From Eledone cirrhosa (Eukaryota): a stretch of 64,000 nucleotides of DNA. Below the pieces are notes generated by a model, which searched no databases, had not been told where the DNA came from, and saw only the letters and a list, made by a program, of their open reading frames with translations. Of this stretch, positions 24,275 to 38,591 are shown piece after piece. Location of the stretch: positions 2,542,001-2,606,000 of the forward strand of contig OZ024764.1 in NCBI GenBank assembly GCA_964016885.1. The letters run 5' to 3'. Each line of letters begins with the position of its first letter. Position 1 is the stretch's first letter. The translations under genes and the position numbers were made by a program.

Positions 24275-27227
24275 GAGGTCATGGAAGGGTTAGAACAAAG
24301 GGAGATAACTTATGAGAAATAAAGTCACAAAAGAGTTAGAACAAAGGGTGATAACTTAAGAGAAATAAGGTCATGAAAGAGTTAGAACAAAGGGAGATAA
24401 CTTATGAGAAATAAAGTCACAAAAGAGTTAGAACAAAGGGTGATAACTTAAGAGAAATAAGGTCATGAAAGAGTTAGAAGAAAGGTAACTTAAGAGAAAT
24501 AAGGTCATGAAAGAGTTAGAAGAAAGGTAACTTAAGAGAAATAAGGTCATGAAAGAGTTAGAACAAAGGGAGATAACTTATGAGAAATAAGGTCATGAAA
24601 GAGTTAGAAGAAAGGTAACTTAAGAGAAATAAGGTCATGAAAGAGTTAGAAGAAAGGTAACTTAAGAGAAATAAGGTCATGAAAGAGTTAGAACAAAGGG
24701 AGATAACTTATGAGAAATAAAGTCACAAAAGAGTTAGAACAAAGGGTGATAACTTAAGAGAAATAAGGTCATGAAAGAGTTAGAAGAAAGGTAACTTAAG
24801 AGAAATAAGGTCATGAAAGAGTTAGAAGAAAGGTAACTTAAGAGAAATAAGGTCATGAAAGAGTTAGAACAAAGGGAGATAACTTATGAGAAATAAAGTC
24901 ACAAAAGAGTTAGAACAAAGGGAGATAACTTATGAGAAATAAGGTCATGAAAGAGTTAGAAGAAAGGTAACTTAAGAGAAATAAGGTCATGAAAGAGTTA
25001 GAAGAAAGGTAACTTAAGAGAAATAAGGTCATGAAAGAGTTAGAACAAAGGGAGATAACTTATGAGAAATAAGGTCATGAAAGAGTTAGAACAAAGGGAG
25101 ATAACTTATGAGAAATAAGGTCATGAAAGAGTTAGAAGAAAGGTAACTTAAGAGAAATAAGGTCATGAAAGAGTTAGAACAAAGGGAGATAACTTATGAG
25201 AAATAAGGTCATGAAAGAGTTAGAAGAAAGGTAACTTAAGAGAAATAAGGTCATGAAAGAGTTAGAAGAAAGGTAACTTAAGAGAAATAAGGTCATGAAA
25301 GAGTTAGAACAAAGGGAGATAACTTATGAGAAATAAGGTCATGAAAGAGTTAGAACAAAGGGAGATAACTTATGAGAAATAAAGTCACAAAAGAGTTAGA
25401 ACAAAGGGTGATAACTTAAGAGAAATAAGGTCATGAAAGAGTTAGAAGAAAGGTAACTTAAGAGAAATAAGGTCATGAAAGAGTTAGAAGAAAGGTAACT
25501 TAAGAGAAATAAGGTCATGAAAGAGTTAGAACAAAGGGAGATAACTTATGAGAAATAAGGTCATGAAAGAGTTAGAACAAAGGGAGATAACTTATGAGAA
25601 ATAAAGTCACAAAAGAGTTAGAACAAAGGGTGATAACTTAAGAGAAATAAGGTCATGAAAGAGTTAGAAGAAAGGTAACTTAAGAGAAATAAGGTCATGA
25701 AAGAGTTAGAAGAAAGGTAACTTAAGAGAAATAAGGTCATGAAAGAGTTAGAACAAAGGGAGATAACTTATGAGAAATAAGGTCATGAAAGAGTTAGAAC
25801 AAAGGGAGATAACTTATGAGAAATAAGGTCATGAAAGAGTTAGAAGAAAGGTAACTTAAGAGAAATAAGGTCATGAAAGAGTTAGAACAAAGGGAGATAA
25901 CTTATGAGAAATAAGGTCATGAAAGAGTTAGAAGAAAGGTAACTTAAGAGAAATAAGGTCATGAAAGAGTTAGAAGAAAGGTAACTTAAGAGAAATAAGG
26001 TCATGAAAGAGTTAGAACAAAGGGAGATAACTTATGAGAAATAAGGTCATGAAAGAGTTAGAACAAAGGGAGATAACTTATGAGAAATAAGGTCATGAAA
26101 GAGTTAGAAGAAAGGTAACTTAAGAGAAATAAGGTCATGAAAGAGTTAGAACAAAGGGAGATAACTTATGAGAAATAAGGTCATGAAAGAGTTAGAACAA
26201 AGGGAGATAACTTATGAGAAATAAGGTCATGAAAGAGTTAGAAGAAAGGTAACTTAAGAGAAATAAGGTCATGAAAGAGTTAGAACAAAGGGAGATAACT
26301 TATGAGAAATAAGGTCATGAAAGAGTTAGAACAAAGGGAGATAACTTATGAGAAATAAAGTCACAAAAGAGTTAGAACAAAGGGTGATAACTTAAGAGAA
26401 ATAAGGTCATGAAAGAGTTAGAAGAAAGGTAACTTAAGAGAAATAAGGTCATGAAAGAGTTAGAAGAAAGGTAACTTAAGAGAAATAAGGTCATGAAAGA
26501 GTTAGAACAAAGGGAGATAACTTATGAGAAATAAGGTCATGAAAGAGTTAGAACAAAGGGAGATAACTTATGAGAAATAAGGTCATGAAAGAGTTAGAAG
26601 AAAGGTAACTTAAGAGAAATAAGGTCATGAAAGAGTTAGAACAAAGGGAGATAACTTATGAGAAATAAGGTCATGAAAGAGTTAGAAGAAAGGTAACTTA
26701 AGAGAAATAAGGTCATGAAAGAGTTAGAAGAAAGGTAACTTAAGAGAAATAAGGTCATGAAAGAGTTAGAACAAAGGGAGATAACTTATGAGAAATAAGG
26801 TCATGAAAGAGTTAGAACAAAGGGAGATAACTTATGAGAAATAAGGTCATGAAAGAGTTAGAAGAAAGGTAACTTAAGAGAAATAAGGTCATGAAAGAGT
26901 TAGAACAAAGGGAGATAACTTATGAGAAATAAGGTCATGAAAGAGTTAGAACAAAGGGAGATAACTTATGAGAGATAAAGAGTTAGAACAAAGGTAACTT
27001 ATGAGAAATAAAGTCATTAAAGAGTTAGAAGAAAGGGAGATAACTTATGAGAAATAAGGTCATGAAAGAGTTAGAAGAAAGGGAGATAACTTATGAGAAA
27101 TAAAGTCATGAAGAGTTAGAAGGGAGATAACTTCTGAGAAATAAAGTCATGAAAGAGTTAGAACAAAGGGAGATAACTTATGAGAAATAAAGTCACGAAA
27201 GAGTTAGAACAAAGGGAGATAACTTAC
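24275..27227. repeat. 46/42-bp minisatellite, about 65 copies, abutting a CENPJ splice donor
   Basis: Units AAAGAGTTAGAACAAAGGGAGATAACTTATGAGAAATAAGGTCATG and a shorter AAGAAAGGTAACTTAAG variant. Confidence 0.95.
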
Positions 27228-28753
27228 GAGCTGCTGACTTTTGTTTCTGCTCGAGACTTTTCTGGAATAAAGATTCTTCGATCATCTTCACAGAATCACA
27301 TGTATCGTTCCACGTGTCGTTGTCATCCTCTTCCGGTTCATCGCTATAATCGTTCTCATCGTCATGACTACTGTTGCCATCACCATCATCATCATCATCG
27401 TCCTCGTCGTCGACGTCATCATCATCGTCGTCGTCGGCGGCGAGGTGGGGGTCAGACACGTCGGAAGGCACTGGCGACAGTCCATCACCTTCATCGTCAT
27501 TGCCAGTCTGTTCATGACCACCACCACTACCACTACCACCACCACTACCACCACCACTACCACTACCACCACCACCACTACCACTACCACCACCACCGGA
27601 GTCCCAGTTGTCGGTAGAGCCGCTGGTTTGGGACCGTCGCACGGACCCCACCGACAAGCCGTCGTCGGTCACGCATTCGTCCGACGAATGAAAGTCCGAG
27701 GATCCGACCGAACGCCCACCTCCGACGACCTCGTCTCCACTCCCAGTAACACTGCCGCCGCCGTGAATTGCCGCGCCACAAAATGGCACTCGTCCTCGAC
27801 CCTCCTTCCCAGCTATTTTCCTTGTGGTGACACCTCCACCACCGACTATCCCCCCTACTCTTCTTGTGGTCAATGGGACAGTCGTGGCCTTCACCTCGGA
27901 GTGACCTGCCGTCGGCTGACCTCTAATGTTGATGTCAGTGCCCCGGAGGTCAGCCAGAATCCGATCCCAAGTGTGACGAGGCGCAGGAGGAGGGCTGGTA
28001 GCCAGCTCGGTCCCCTCTGCTGTCGGCGCCGCAGCGCCCCGTACGGAGCCACCAGCTGCTACCTCCCAATGCTGTGGCCTTTGACCCAAACCCAGACTTA
28101 GGCCGTGACCTCGCTCGTGTTGACCCTTTGGCGAACACTCCTGGAACAAGTTGTCAATTTTGTTTTGGATGGCACCACCTCCCCTGGTCCCACCCTCGGC
28201 CCCGATTCTCTCCAATTCCCCAGCCCGCACCCTCTTGCCACTCTTAACCTTCACTCCAGCCCCGACACCCACACCGTCCAATTCCCTGCTGCCCCCACCA
28301 GATTCCTTACCTCCAATCCCGACCCCAACACTTCTTGAGTGCCTGGCCCCTCCGAAAACTCTTACACCTCCTCCGGCCCCCAAACCACCAAATTTCCCGT
28401 CCCTCAATCCCTCGTTACCTGCCTCCCCAAGTTTCTCTTCCCTCTCCTCCTCCTCCTCCTCCCCCTCTCTATCATATTCGCTGCATTGGTCCGAGGAGCT
28501 GAACAGGGCCTCTTCCCCCGAGGATCCGAGCTCGGAGATATCTTCGGAATCGCGCGAGTCCGAAAGGTCAACGGACTTCTCCACAAGCGTGTCCTCCTCG
28601 TTGTCGTTGTAGTAGTTGTAGCTGTTGTTGTCTCCGCACTCCGAGGGGGCGAAGGACTTGATGGCAGCAGCGGCGGCGGTCGGCGGGATAGGAGAGGCTG
28701 ACCGGGCGTGGTGTCCACTCGATATATGACGGTGTCCGGTCAAGGATGAATTC
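27228..28753 (-). CDS. CENPJ: CENPJ large central exon (Gly/Ser/Asp/Glu-rich, probably disordered)
   Basis: 1526-nt GC-rich open frame (ORF 27193..28743), CAGCAG acceptor at 28754-28759, C|GTAAGT donor at 27227, phase 2 in / 1 out. Confidence 0.85.
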
Positions 28754-28882
28754 CTGCTGAAAGGAAAGATTGTACATCATCATCATCGTTATATTCATTA
28801 CCACCATCATCATTATTGTCTACATCATCATCATCATCATCATCACGAGCAGAAAACCATCCCTCGGGTATTTTTCTGCTAG

Positions 28883-31800
28883 CATGTGTAGTGTGTATAT
28901 TGATATTATACACAAGTATATATACATGTAGATATGTTACATGTGTAGTGTGTATATTGATATTATACACAAGTATATATACATGTAGATATGTTACATG
29001 TGTAGTGTGTATAATGATATTATACACAAGTATATATACATGTAGATATGATACATGTGTAGTGTGTATATTGATAATATACACAAGTATATATACATGT
29101 AGATATGATACATGTGTAGTGTGTTTATTGATATAAATACACAAGTATATATACATGTAGATATGTTACATGTGTAGTGTGTATATTGATATTATACACA
29201 AGTATATATGATACATGTGTAGTGTGTTTATTGATATAAATACACAAGTATATATACATGTAGATATGATACATGTGTAGTGTGTATATTGATATTATAC
29301 ACAAGTATATATACATGTAGATATGTTACATGTGTAGTGTGTATATTGATATTATACACAAGTATATATACATGTAGATATGTTACATGTGTAGTGTGTA
29401 TAATGATATTATACACAAGTATATATACATGTAGATATGATACATGTGTAGTGTGTATATTGATAATATACACAAGTATATATACATGTAGATATGATAC
29501 ATGTGTAGTGTGTTTATTGATATAAATACACAAGTATATATACATGTAGATATGTTACATGTGTAGTGTGTATATTGATATTATACACAAGTATATATGA
29601 TACATGTGTAGTGTGTTTATTGATATAAATACACAAGTATATATACATGTAGATATGATACATGTGTAGTGTGTATATTGATATTATACACAAGTATATA
29701 TACATGTAGATATGTTACATGTGTAGTGTGTATATTGATATTATACACAAGTATATATACATGTAGATATGTTACATGTGTAGTGTGTATATTGATATTA
29801 TACACAAGTATATATACATGTAGATATGTTACATGTGTAGTGTGTATATTGATATTATACACAAGTATATATGATACATATGTAGTGTGTATATTGATAT
29901 TATACACAAGTATATATACATGTAGATATGATACATGTGTAGTGTGTATATTGATATTATACACAAGTATATATGATACATGTGTAGTGTGTTTATTGAT
30001 ATAAATACACAAGTATATATACATGTAGATATGATACATGTGTAGTGTGTATATTGATAATATACACAAGTATATATACATGTAGATATGATACATGTGT
30101 AGTGTGTATATTGATATTATACACAAGTATATATACATGTAGATATGATACATGTGTAGTGTGTATATTGATATTATACACAGGTATATATACATGTAGA
30201 TATGATACATGAGTAGTGTGTATATTCATATTATACACAGGTATATATACATGTAGATATGATACATGTGTAGTGTGTATATTGATATTATACACAAGTA
30301 TATATACATGTAGATATGTTACATGTGTAGTGTGTATAATGATATTATACACAAGTATATATACATGTAGATATGTTACATGTGTAGTGTGTATATTGAT
30401 ATTATACACAAGTATATATACATGTAGATATGTTACATGTGTAGTGTGTATATTGATATTATACACAAGTATATATGATACATGTGTAGTGTGTATATTG
30501 ATATTATACACAAGTATATATACATGTAGATATGTTACATGTGTAGTGTGTATATTGATATTATACACAAGTATATATGATACATGTGTAGTGTGTATAT
30601 TGATATTATACACAAGTATATATACATGTAGATATGTTACATGTGTAATGTGTATATTGATATTATACACAAGTATATATGATACATGTGTAGTGTGTAT
30701 ATTGATATTATACACAAGTATATATACATGTAGATATGTTACATGTGTAGTGTGTATATTGATATTATACACAAGTATATATGATACATGTGTAGTGTGT
30801 ATATTGATATTATACACAAGTATATATACATGTAGATATGTTACATGTGTAATGTGTATATTGATATTATACACAAGTATATATGATACATGTGTAGTGT
30901 GTATATTGATATTATACACAAGTATATATACATGTAGATATGTTACATGTGTAGTGTGTATATTGATATTATACACAAGTATATATACATGTAGATATGA
31001 TACATGTGTAGTGTGTTTATTGATATAAATACACAAGTATATATACATGTAGATATGATACATGTGTAGTGTGTATATTGATATTATACACAAGTATATA
31101 TACATGTAGATATGATACATGTGTAGTGTGTATATTGATATTATACACAAGTATTAATACATGTAGATATGTTACATGTGTAGTGTGTATATTGATATTA
31201 TACACAAGTATATATACATGTAGATATGATACATGTGTAGTGTGTATATTGATATTATACACAAGTATATATACATGTAGATATGTTACATGTGTAGTGT
31301 GTATATTGATATTATACACAAGTATATATACATGTAGATATGATACATGTGTAGTGTGTATATTGATATTATACACAAGTATATATGATACATGTAGATA
31401 TGATACATGTGTAGTGTGTATATTGATATTATACACAAGTATATATGATACATGTGTAGTGTGTTTATTGATATAAATACACAAGTATATATACATGTAG
31501 ATATGATACATGTGTAGTGTGTATATTGATATTATACACAAGTATATATACATGTAGATATGATACATGTGTAGTGTGTATATTGATATTATACACAGGT
31601 ATATATACATGTAGATATGTTACATGTGTAGTGTGTATATTGATATTATACACAAGTATATATACATGTAGATATGTTACATGTGTAGTGTGTATATTGA
31701 TATTATACACAAGTATATATGATACATGTGTAGTGTGTTTATTGATATAAATACACAAGTATATATACATGTAGATATGATACATGTGTAGTGTGTATAT

Positions 31801-34145
31801 TGATATTATACACAAGTATATATGATACATGTGTAGTGTGTTTATTGATATAAATACACAAGTATATATACATGTAGATATGATACATGTGTAGTGTGTA
31901 TATTGATATTATACACAAGTATATATACATGTAGATATGATACATGTGTAGTGTGTATATTGATATTATACACAAGTATATATACATGTAGATATGATAC
32001 ATGTGTAGTGTGTATATTGATATTATACACAAGTATATATACATGTAGATATGATACATGTGTAGTGTGTATATTGATATTATACACAAGTATTAATACA
32101 TGTAGATATGTTACATGTGTAGTGTGTATATTGATATTATACACAAGTATATATACATGTAGATATGATACATGTGTAGTGTGTATATTGATATTATACA
32201 CAAGTATATATACATGTAGATATGATACATGTGTAGTGTGTATATTGATATTATACACAAGTATATATACATGTAGATATGTTACATGTGTAGTGTGTAT
32301 AATGATATTATACACAAGTATATATACATGTAGATATGTTACATGTGTAGTGTGTATATTGATATTATACACAAGTATATATACATGTAGATATGTTACA
32401 TGTGTAGTGTGTATATTGATATTATACACAAGTATATATGATACATGTGTAGTGTGTATATTGATATTATACACAAGTATATATACATGTAGATATGTTA
32501 CATGTGTAGTGTGTATATTGATATTATACACAAGTATATATACATGTAGATATGTTACATGTGTAGTGTGTATATTGATATTATACACAAGTATATATGA
32601 TACATGTGTAGTGTGTATATTGATATTATACACAAGTATATATACATGTAGATATGTTACATGTGTAGTGTGTATATTGATATTATACACAAGTATATAT
32701 ACATGTAGATATGTTACATGTGTAGTGTGTATATTGATATTATACACAAGTATATATTATACATGTGTAGTGTGTATATTGATATTATACACAAGTATAT
32801 ATACATGTAGATATGTTACATGTGTAATGTGTATATTGATATTATACACAAGTATATATGATACATGTGTAGTGTGTATATTGATATTATACACAAGTAT
32901 ATATACATGTAGATATGTTACATGTGTAGTGTGTATATTGATATTATACACAAGTATATATACATGTAGATATGATACATGTGTAGTGTGTTTATTGATA
33001 TAAATACACAAGTATATATACATGTAGATATGATACATGTGTAGTGTGTATATTGATATTATACACAAGTATATATACATGTAGATATGATACATGTGTA
33101 GTGTGTATATTGATATTATACACAAGTATTAATACATGTAGATATGTTACATGTGTAGTGTGTATATTGATATTATACACAAGTATATATACATGTAGAT
33201 ATGATACATGTGTAGTGTGTATATTGATATTATACACAAGTATATATACATGTAGATATGTTACATGTGTAGTGTGTATATTGATATTATACACAAGTAT
33301 ATATACATGTAGATATGATACATGTGTAGTGTGTATATTGATATTATACACAAGTATATATGATACATGTAGATATGATACATGTGTAGTGTGTATATTG
33401 ATATTATACACAAGTATATATGATACATGTGTAGTGTGTTTATTGATATAAATACACAAGTATATATACATGTAGATATGATACATGTGTAGTGTGTATA
33501 TTGATATTATACACAAGTATATATACATGTAGATATGATACATGTGTAGTGTGTATATTGATATTATACACAGGTATATATACATGTAGATATGTTACAT
33601 GTGTAGTGTGTATATTGATATTATACACAAGTATATATACATGTAGATATGTTACATGTGTAGTGTGTATATTGATATTATACACAAGTATATATGATAC
33701 ATGTGTAGTGTGTTTATTGATATAAATACACAAGTATATATACATGTAGATATGATACATGTGTAGTGTGTATATTGATATTATACACAAGTATATATGA
33801 TACATGTGTAGTGTGTTTATTGATATAAATACACAAGTATATATACATGTAGATATGATACATGTGTAGTGTGTATATTGATATTATACACAAGTATATA
33901 TACATGTAGATATGATACATGTGTAGTGTGTATATTGATATTATACACAAGTATATATACATGTAGATATGATACATGTGTAGTGTGTATATTGATATTA
34001 TACACAGGTATATATACATGTAGATATGATACATGTGTAGTGTGTATATTGATATTATACACAAGTATATATACATGTAGATATGTTACATGTGTAGTGT
34101 GTATATTGATATTATACACAAGTATATATACATGTAGATATGATA
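28883..34145. repeat. 57/45-bp AT-rich satellite, 5.2 kb, with higher-order duplications
   Basis: Unit ACATGTGTAGTGTGTATATTGATATTATACACAAGTATATATACATGTAGATATGWT. Confidence 0.95.
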
Positions 34146-34589
34146 TGTCAAATAACATCGTAATTGACTGCCTACAAAGTCAAGACTAGGTGGCGTGATC
34201 TTCTACATCGTAATTGACAATATACACAGAAATTGAAGAGAGACTGTGTTACACTGTCTTATGTAATCAGTAAAGTAATCCATGATACATTAAAAAAAGA
34301 CGATATTATATATAAACTGGATTATGGTGACATGTAATGAAACCTTATATAACGATGCAAATATATGGATGTGTTACATAAGCGATGTAATAAGTGTTAT
34401 GATATAACGGACGCTAACTGGAAGTGTTGACGTTTGAACATTTTTAAAAAAGTGAATATATAAACTGCATTAGAAGAAAATTAGTGACGGAAATATATGC
34501 AATGTGATAGTGTTATAATATTATGGACGCTAACCGGAAGTTAGCAGTTAATTTCAAAGAAATTAAAATAAGCAATCATCATTCATTTC

Positions 34590-34912
34590 ATTTTACGTCC
34601 GCTTTTCCCTGCTTGCAAGGGTGGGACGGGAACTGATTCTGGCTTGATTTCTACAGCTGGATGCCCTTCCTAACACCAACCTCATTTACAGTGAGTGCTG
34701 GGTGCTTTTTTGCCGTGGCACCTACATGACCACTTTACAGTGGAATGATATGGACCCCAGTCCCTATCATCTCATTTCTACAGCTGAGTAAACTGGAGCA
34801 ATGTGAAATAAAGTGTCTTGCTCAAGGAAACAACACATCACCCGGTCTGAGAATTGAACTCACAACCTTTCGATTGCAAGGCCAATGCTCTAACCACTAA
34901 GCTATGTGCCTA
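34590..34912 (-). mobile_element. SINE family B copy
   Basis: Reverse complement of 12019-12345. Confidence 0.9.
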
Positions 34913-35196
34913 CAATCATTATATATAAAATTATTTATGTTTAATCAACAGCTACGAAATTTAGTAGAGGAAGATCACGAAAATCATAGGTGGAGCTGGT
35001 GAGAGTTGACATCAGATCGCTGAAGCTCACGGAGGATATGACGAAGGTCTGTGACAAGTGGAGAGATGCTGTGCTGAATAGGACCTGTCCCACTCTTGCA
35101 AGCAGGGAAAAGTGGACATAAAATAATGATGACGATGATGATGATGGTGACTACATGACCTTGGGTTTTATTATAACAGATATATATATATAATAC

Positions 35197-35255
35197 CTTT
35201 TTCTTCGTGAGTCTGACTGGGATGGAGGAATGTAGGTGGATTGTCCCTCAGAAAT
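35197..35255 (-). CDS. CENPJ: CENPJ small exon
   Basis: 59 nt ISEGQSTYIPPSQSDSRRK, TTCAG acceptor, AG|GTA donor. Its phase 0 in / phase 2 out is exactly what is needed to join the 117-nt exon to the large exon. Confidence 0.75.
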
Positions 35256-36123
35256 CTGAATAAAATATTAAAAATACATAACATTAATAATAATAATAAT
35301 TTCTGTATTAGGCACAAGGACAGCAATTTCAGGGAAGAGTGGGAAGTTGATTAAACTGACCCCAGTGCATTACTGGTACTTTATTTTATTTGAACTTAGA
35401 AGGTAAAGGGACGTAACTCTATGCTGAAAAGCATGTTGTCCATCGCTCTACCAACTACTGCCAATCTGCATCGGCCCCGGGCATCATTTGGGGCATCTGT
35501 GTTTATATATTCAAAATGTTTTCCTTTCTCATATTTCTCAATATATTAGGCCTTATACTTGAGTCTTTGGGTGGCCTTATACTTGAGTCTTTGGGTGGCT
35601 TTATACTTGAGTGTTTGGGGGGGGGGCCTTATACTTGGGTGTTTGGGTGGTGTTATACTTGAGTGTTTGGGTGGCCTTATACTTGAGTGTTTGGGGGCCT
35701 TATACTTGAGTGTTTGGGACATACAATCAAGATTTTCTCCGGGCATCACCAGAGCACTGCACTCCGCTGAACAAAAGACAGGGAAATGTTTCTTACACTC
35801 CCCAGAAGAAGCATAAGGTTGTGGATAAACCATTTCTCGAATCTGTGGAAAGTTTCGTGAAAGAAAATTGACCTAATAATGGTTTCCGTGATTTAGTCCA
35901 CAACCACAACAACCACCACCATCCAAACAGTTATAATGGTTTCAATCTAGATATAAAGCCAACAAGTTTTTGGTGAAGGAAAAGTCAATTAAATCAACAT
36001 CAGTGTCTTACTGGTACTTTATTTTATTGACCCTCGTAAGGTCGAAAGGCAAAGTTAACCTCAGCAGTAACTCTATACCGTGAAGCTTGGTGTCCGACGC
36101 TCTATCAATTCTGTCCAATACAC

Positions 36124-36418
36124 TGAGTTCAATTCTCAGACTGGGTGATGTGTTGTTTCCTTGAGCAAGACACTTTATTTCACATTGCTCCAGTTTACTC
36201 AGCTGTAGAAATGAGATCATAGGACTGGGGTCCCTATCATTCCACTGTAAAGTGGTCGTGGAGGTGCCATGGCAAAAAAGCACCCAGCACTCACTGTAAA
36301 TGAGGTTGGTGTTAGGAAGGGCATCCAGCTGTAGAAATCAAGCCAGAATCAGTTCCTGTCCCACCCTTGCAGGCAGAGAAAAAGCGGACGTAAAATGAAA
36401 TGATGATGATGATGATGA
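36124..36418 (+). mobile_element. SINE family B copy, 5' truncated
   Basis: Starts at B box GAGTTCAATTCTCAGAC, ends in (GAT)n. Confidence 0.88.
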
Positions 36419-36463
36419 CACTGCCTATTTTTTGTTTTCAATAACAACAACATAATACAAACA

Positions 36464-37975
36464 TTATCCAGAGGCAACCTGGTGCAGTCTGCGAATAACT
36501 CAGGCTCTGCTGCACTTCGGGCTGAGGAGGGTAAACTCTCCAAGTATCGGTTGCTCTCCAACAGGTTTGCAGTCGAGCCCCTAGCAGTAGAGACCTCTGG
36601 TGTCCTTGACCCACCTCTCTACTCACCACCATTGACAGAGAGTTGGCTAACCCTAGCAGTGGAGACTTCTGGTGTCCTAGGGCCACCTCCCTACTCACCA
36701 CAGAGTTGGCTACCTGTAGCAGTGGAGACTTCTGGTGTCCTTGGCCCTAGGACCACCTCCCTACTGACCACAGAGTTGGTTACCTGTAGCAGTGGAGACT
36801 TCTGGTGTCCTTGGCCCTTGGACCACCTCCCTACTGACCACAGAGTTGGTTACCTGTAGCAGTGGAGACTTCTGGTGTCCTTGGCCCTTGGACCACCTCC
36901 CTACTGACCACAGAGTTGGCTACCTGTAGCAGTGGAGTCTTCTGGTGTCCTTGACCCTAGGACAACCTCCCTACTGACCACAGAGTTGGTTACCTGTAGC
37001 AGTGGAGACTTCTGGTGTCCTTGGCCCTAGGACAACCTCCCTACTGACCACAGAGTTGGTTACCTGTAGCAGTGGAGACTTCTGGTGTCTTTGGCCCTAG
37101 GACAACCTCCCTACTGACCACAGAGTTGGCTTCTGGTGTCTTTGGCCCTAGGACAACCTCTCTACTGACCACAGAGTTGGCTACCTGTAGCAGTGGAGAC
37201 TTCTGGTGTCCTTGGCCCTAGGACCACTTCCCTACTGACCACAGAGTTGGTTACCTGTAGCAGTGGAGACTTCTGGTGTCCTTGGCCCTAGGACCACCTC
37301 CCTACTCACCACAGAGTTGGCTACCTGTAGCAGTGGAGACTTCTGGTGTCCTTGGCCCTAGGACCACCTCCCTACTGACCACAGAGTTGGTTACCTGTAG
37401 CAGTGGAGACTTCTGGTGTCCTTGGCCCTAGGACCACCTCCCTACTCACCACAGAGTTGGCTACCTGTAGCAGTGGAGACTTCTGGTGTCCTTGGCCCTA
37501 GGACCACCTCCCTACTCACCACAGAGTCGGCTACCTGTAGCCGTGGAGACTTCTGGTGTCCTTGGCCCTAGGACCACCTCCCTACTCACCACAGAGTTGG
37601 TTACCTGTAGCAGTGGAGACTTCTGGTGTCCTTGGCCCTAGGACCACCTCCCTACTCACCACAGTTAGCTACCCCTAGCAGTGGAGACTTCTGGTGTCCT
37701 TGGCCCTAGGACCACCTCCCTACTGACCACAGAGTCGGCTACCTGTAGCCGTGGAGACTTCTGGTGTCCTTGGCCCTAGGACCACCTCCCTACTCACCAC
37801 AGAGTCGGCTACCTGTAGCAGTGGAAACTTCTGGTGTGCTTGGCCCCAGGGCTACCTCCCTATTCACCACTCAGCTGGCTACCCGCAGGTGTGAGCCTCG
37901 TGAGATGGAATGGCTCTTCCGGTGCATCTACTTTACCATCCTCCAGGGTAACGCCTTCTCTATTCTCTCCACCGG
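36464..37975 (+). mobile_element. Non-LTR element with restriction-like endonuclease C-terminus (CRE-like), containing a 70-bp tandem array
   Basis: K..KY...FAVEPLAVETSGVLGP...EWLFRCIYFTILQGNAFSIL. About 17 copies of the PVAVETSGVLGP segment at 36640-37880. Confidence 0.7.
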
Positions 37976-38262
37976 GGCTGTGGGGCGGCCAGCATGTGGG
38001 ACCTCATTTGCTCACCATATGGAAAGATGGGGAGAGTGAAAGAGATGATAGAGGCAATGACAGTGGGGTTCGGCTCTTCTGTGTTCGGACCTGGTGTACA
38101 TGACAGAGATGGGGAGGGCGAGAGAGATGGAGGCCGTGACAGTGGGAGACTGGCTCCTCTGTTGCTGGTGGACATGTCTGTGTATATTTACCTCCATTCA
38201 ATGTGTTTCATCGTATGCAATACTTAAGTGTGGTATTTAGATACAAACAACGACATACTTAC

Positions 38263-38379
38263 ACCGTATGGAAGACATTTGTCCATAAATTTGGCAACAA
38301 CGGAGGAATCACTGCAGAAGGACATGTCATCTGCCAATTGTTCCATGAATTCAAACTCTGCTAAATCTTTCGTTTCAAC
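38263..38379 (-). CDS. CENPJ: CENPJ exon, conserved EFE-E-AD-SF-S-SS motif
   Basis: 117 nt, VETKDLAEFEFMEQLADDMSFCSDSSVVAKFMDKCLPYG, similar to CPAP ELEEFxxLEQAADEISFSSNSSFV; CAG acceptor and GTAAGT donor. Confidence 0.9.
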
Positions 38380-38591
38380 CTGACAAAGAGAATAATAATA
38401 TTAATAATAATTGTTTCTATTTTGGCACAAGGCTAGCAATTACCCCAGTGCATTACTGGTACTTTATTTTATCGACCCCGTAAGGATGAAAGGCAAACTA
38501 AACCTCAGCGGGATTTGAACTCAGAATGGCAAGGGCCGTAACTCTATGCATCAAAGCATGGCGTCCGACCCTCTACCAATACTGCCAATTC

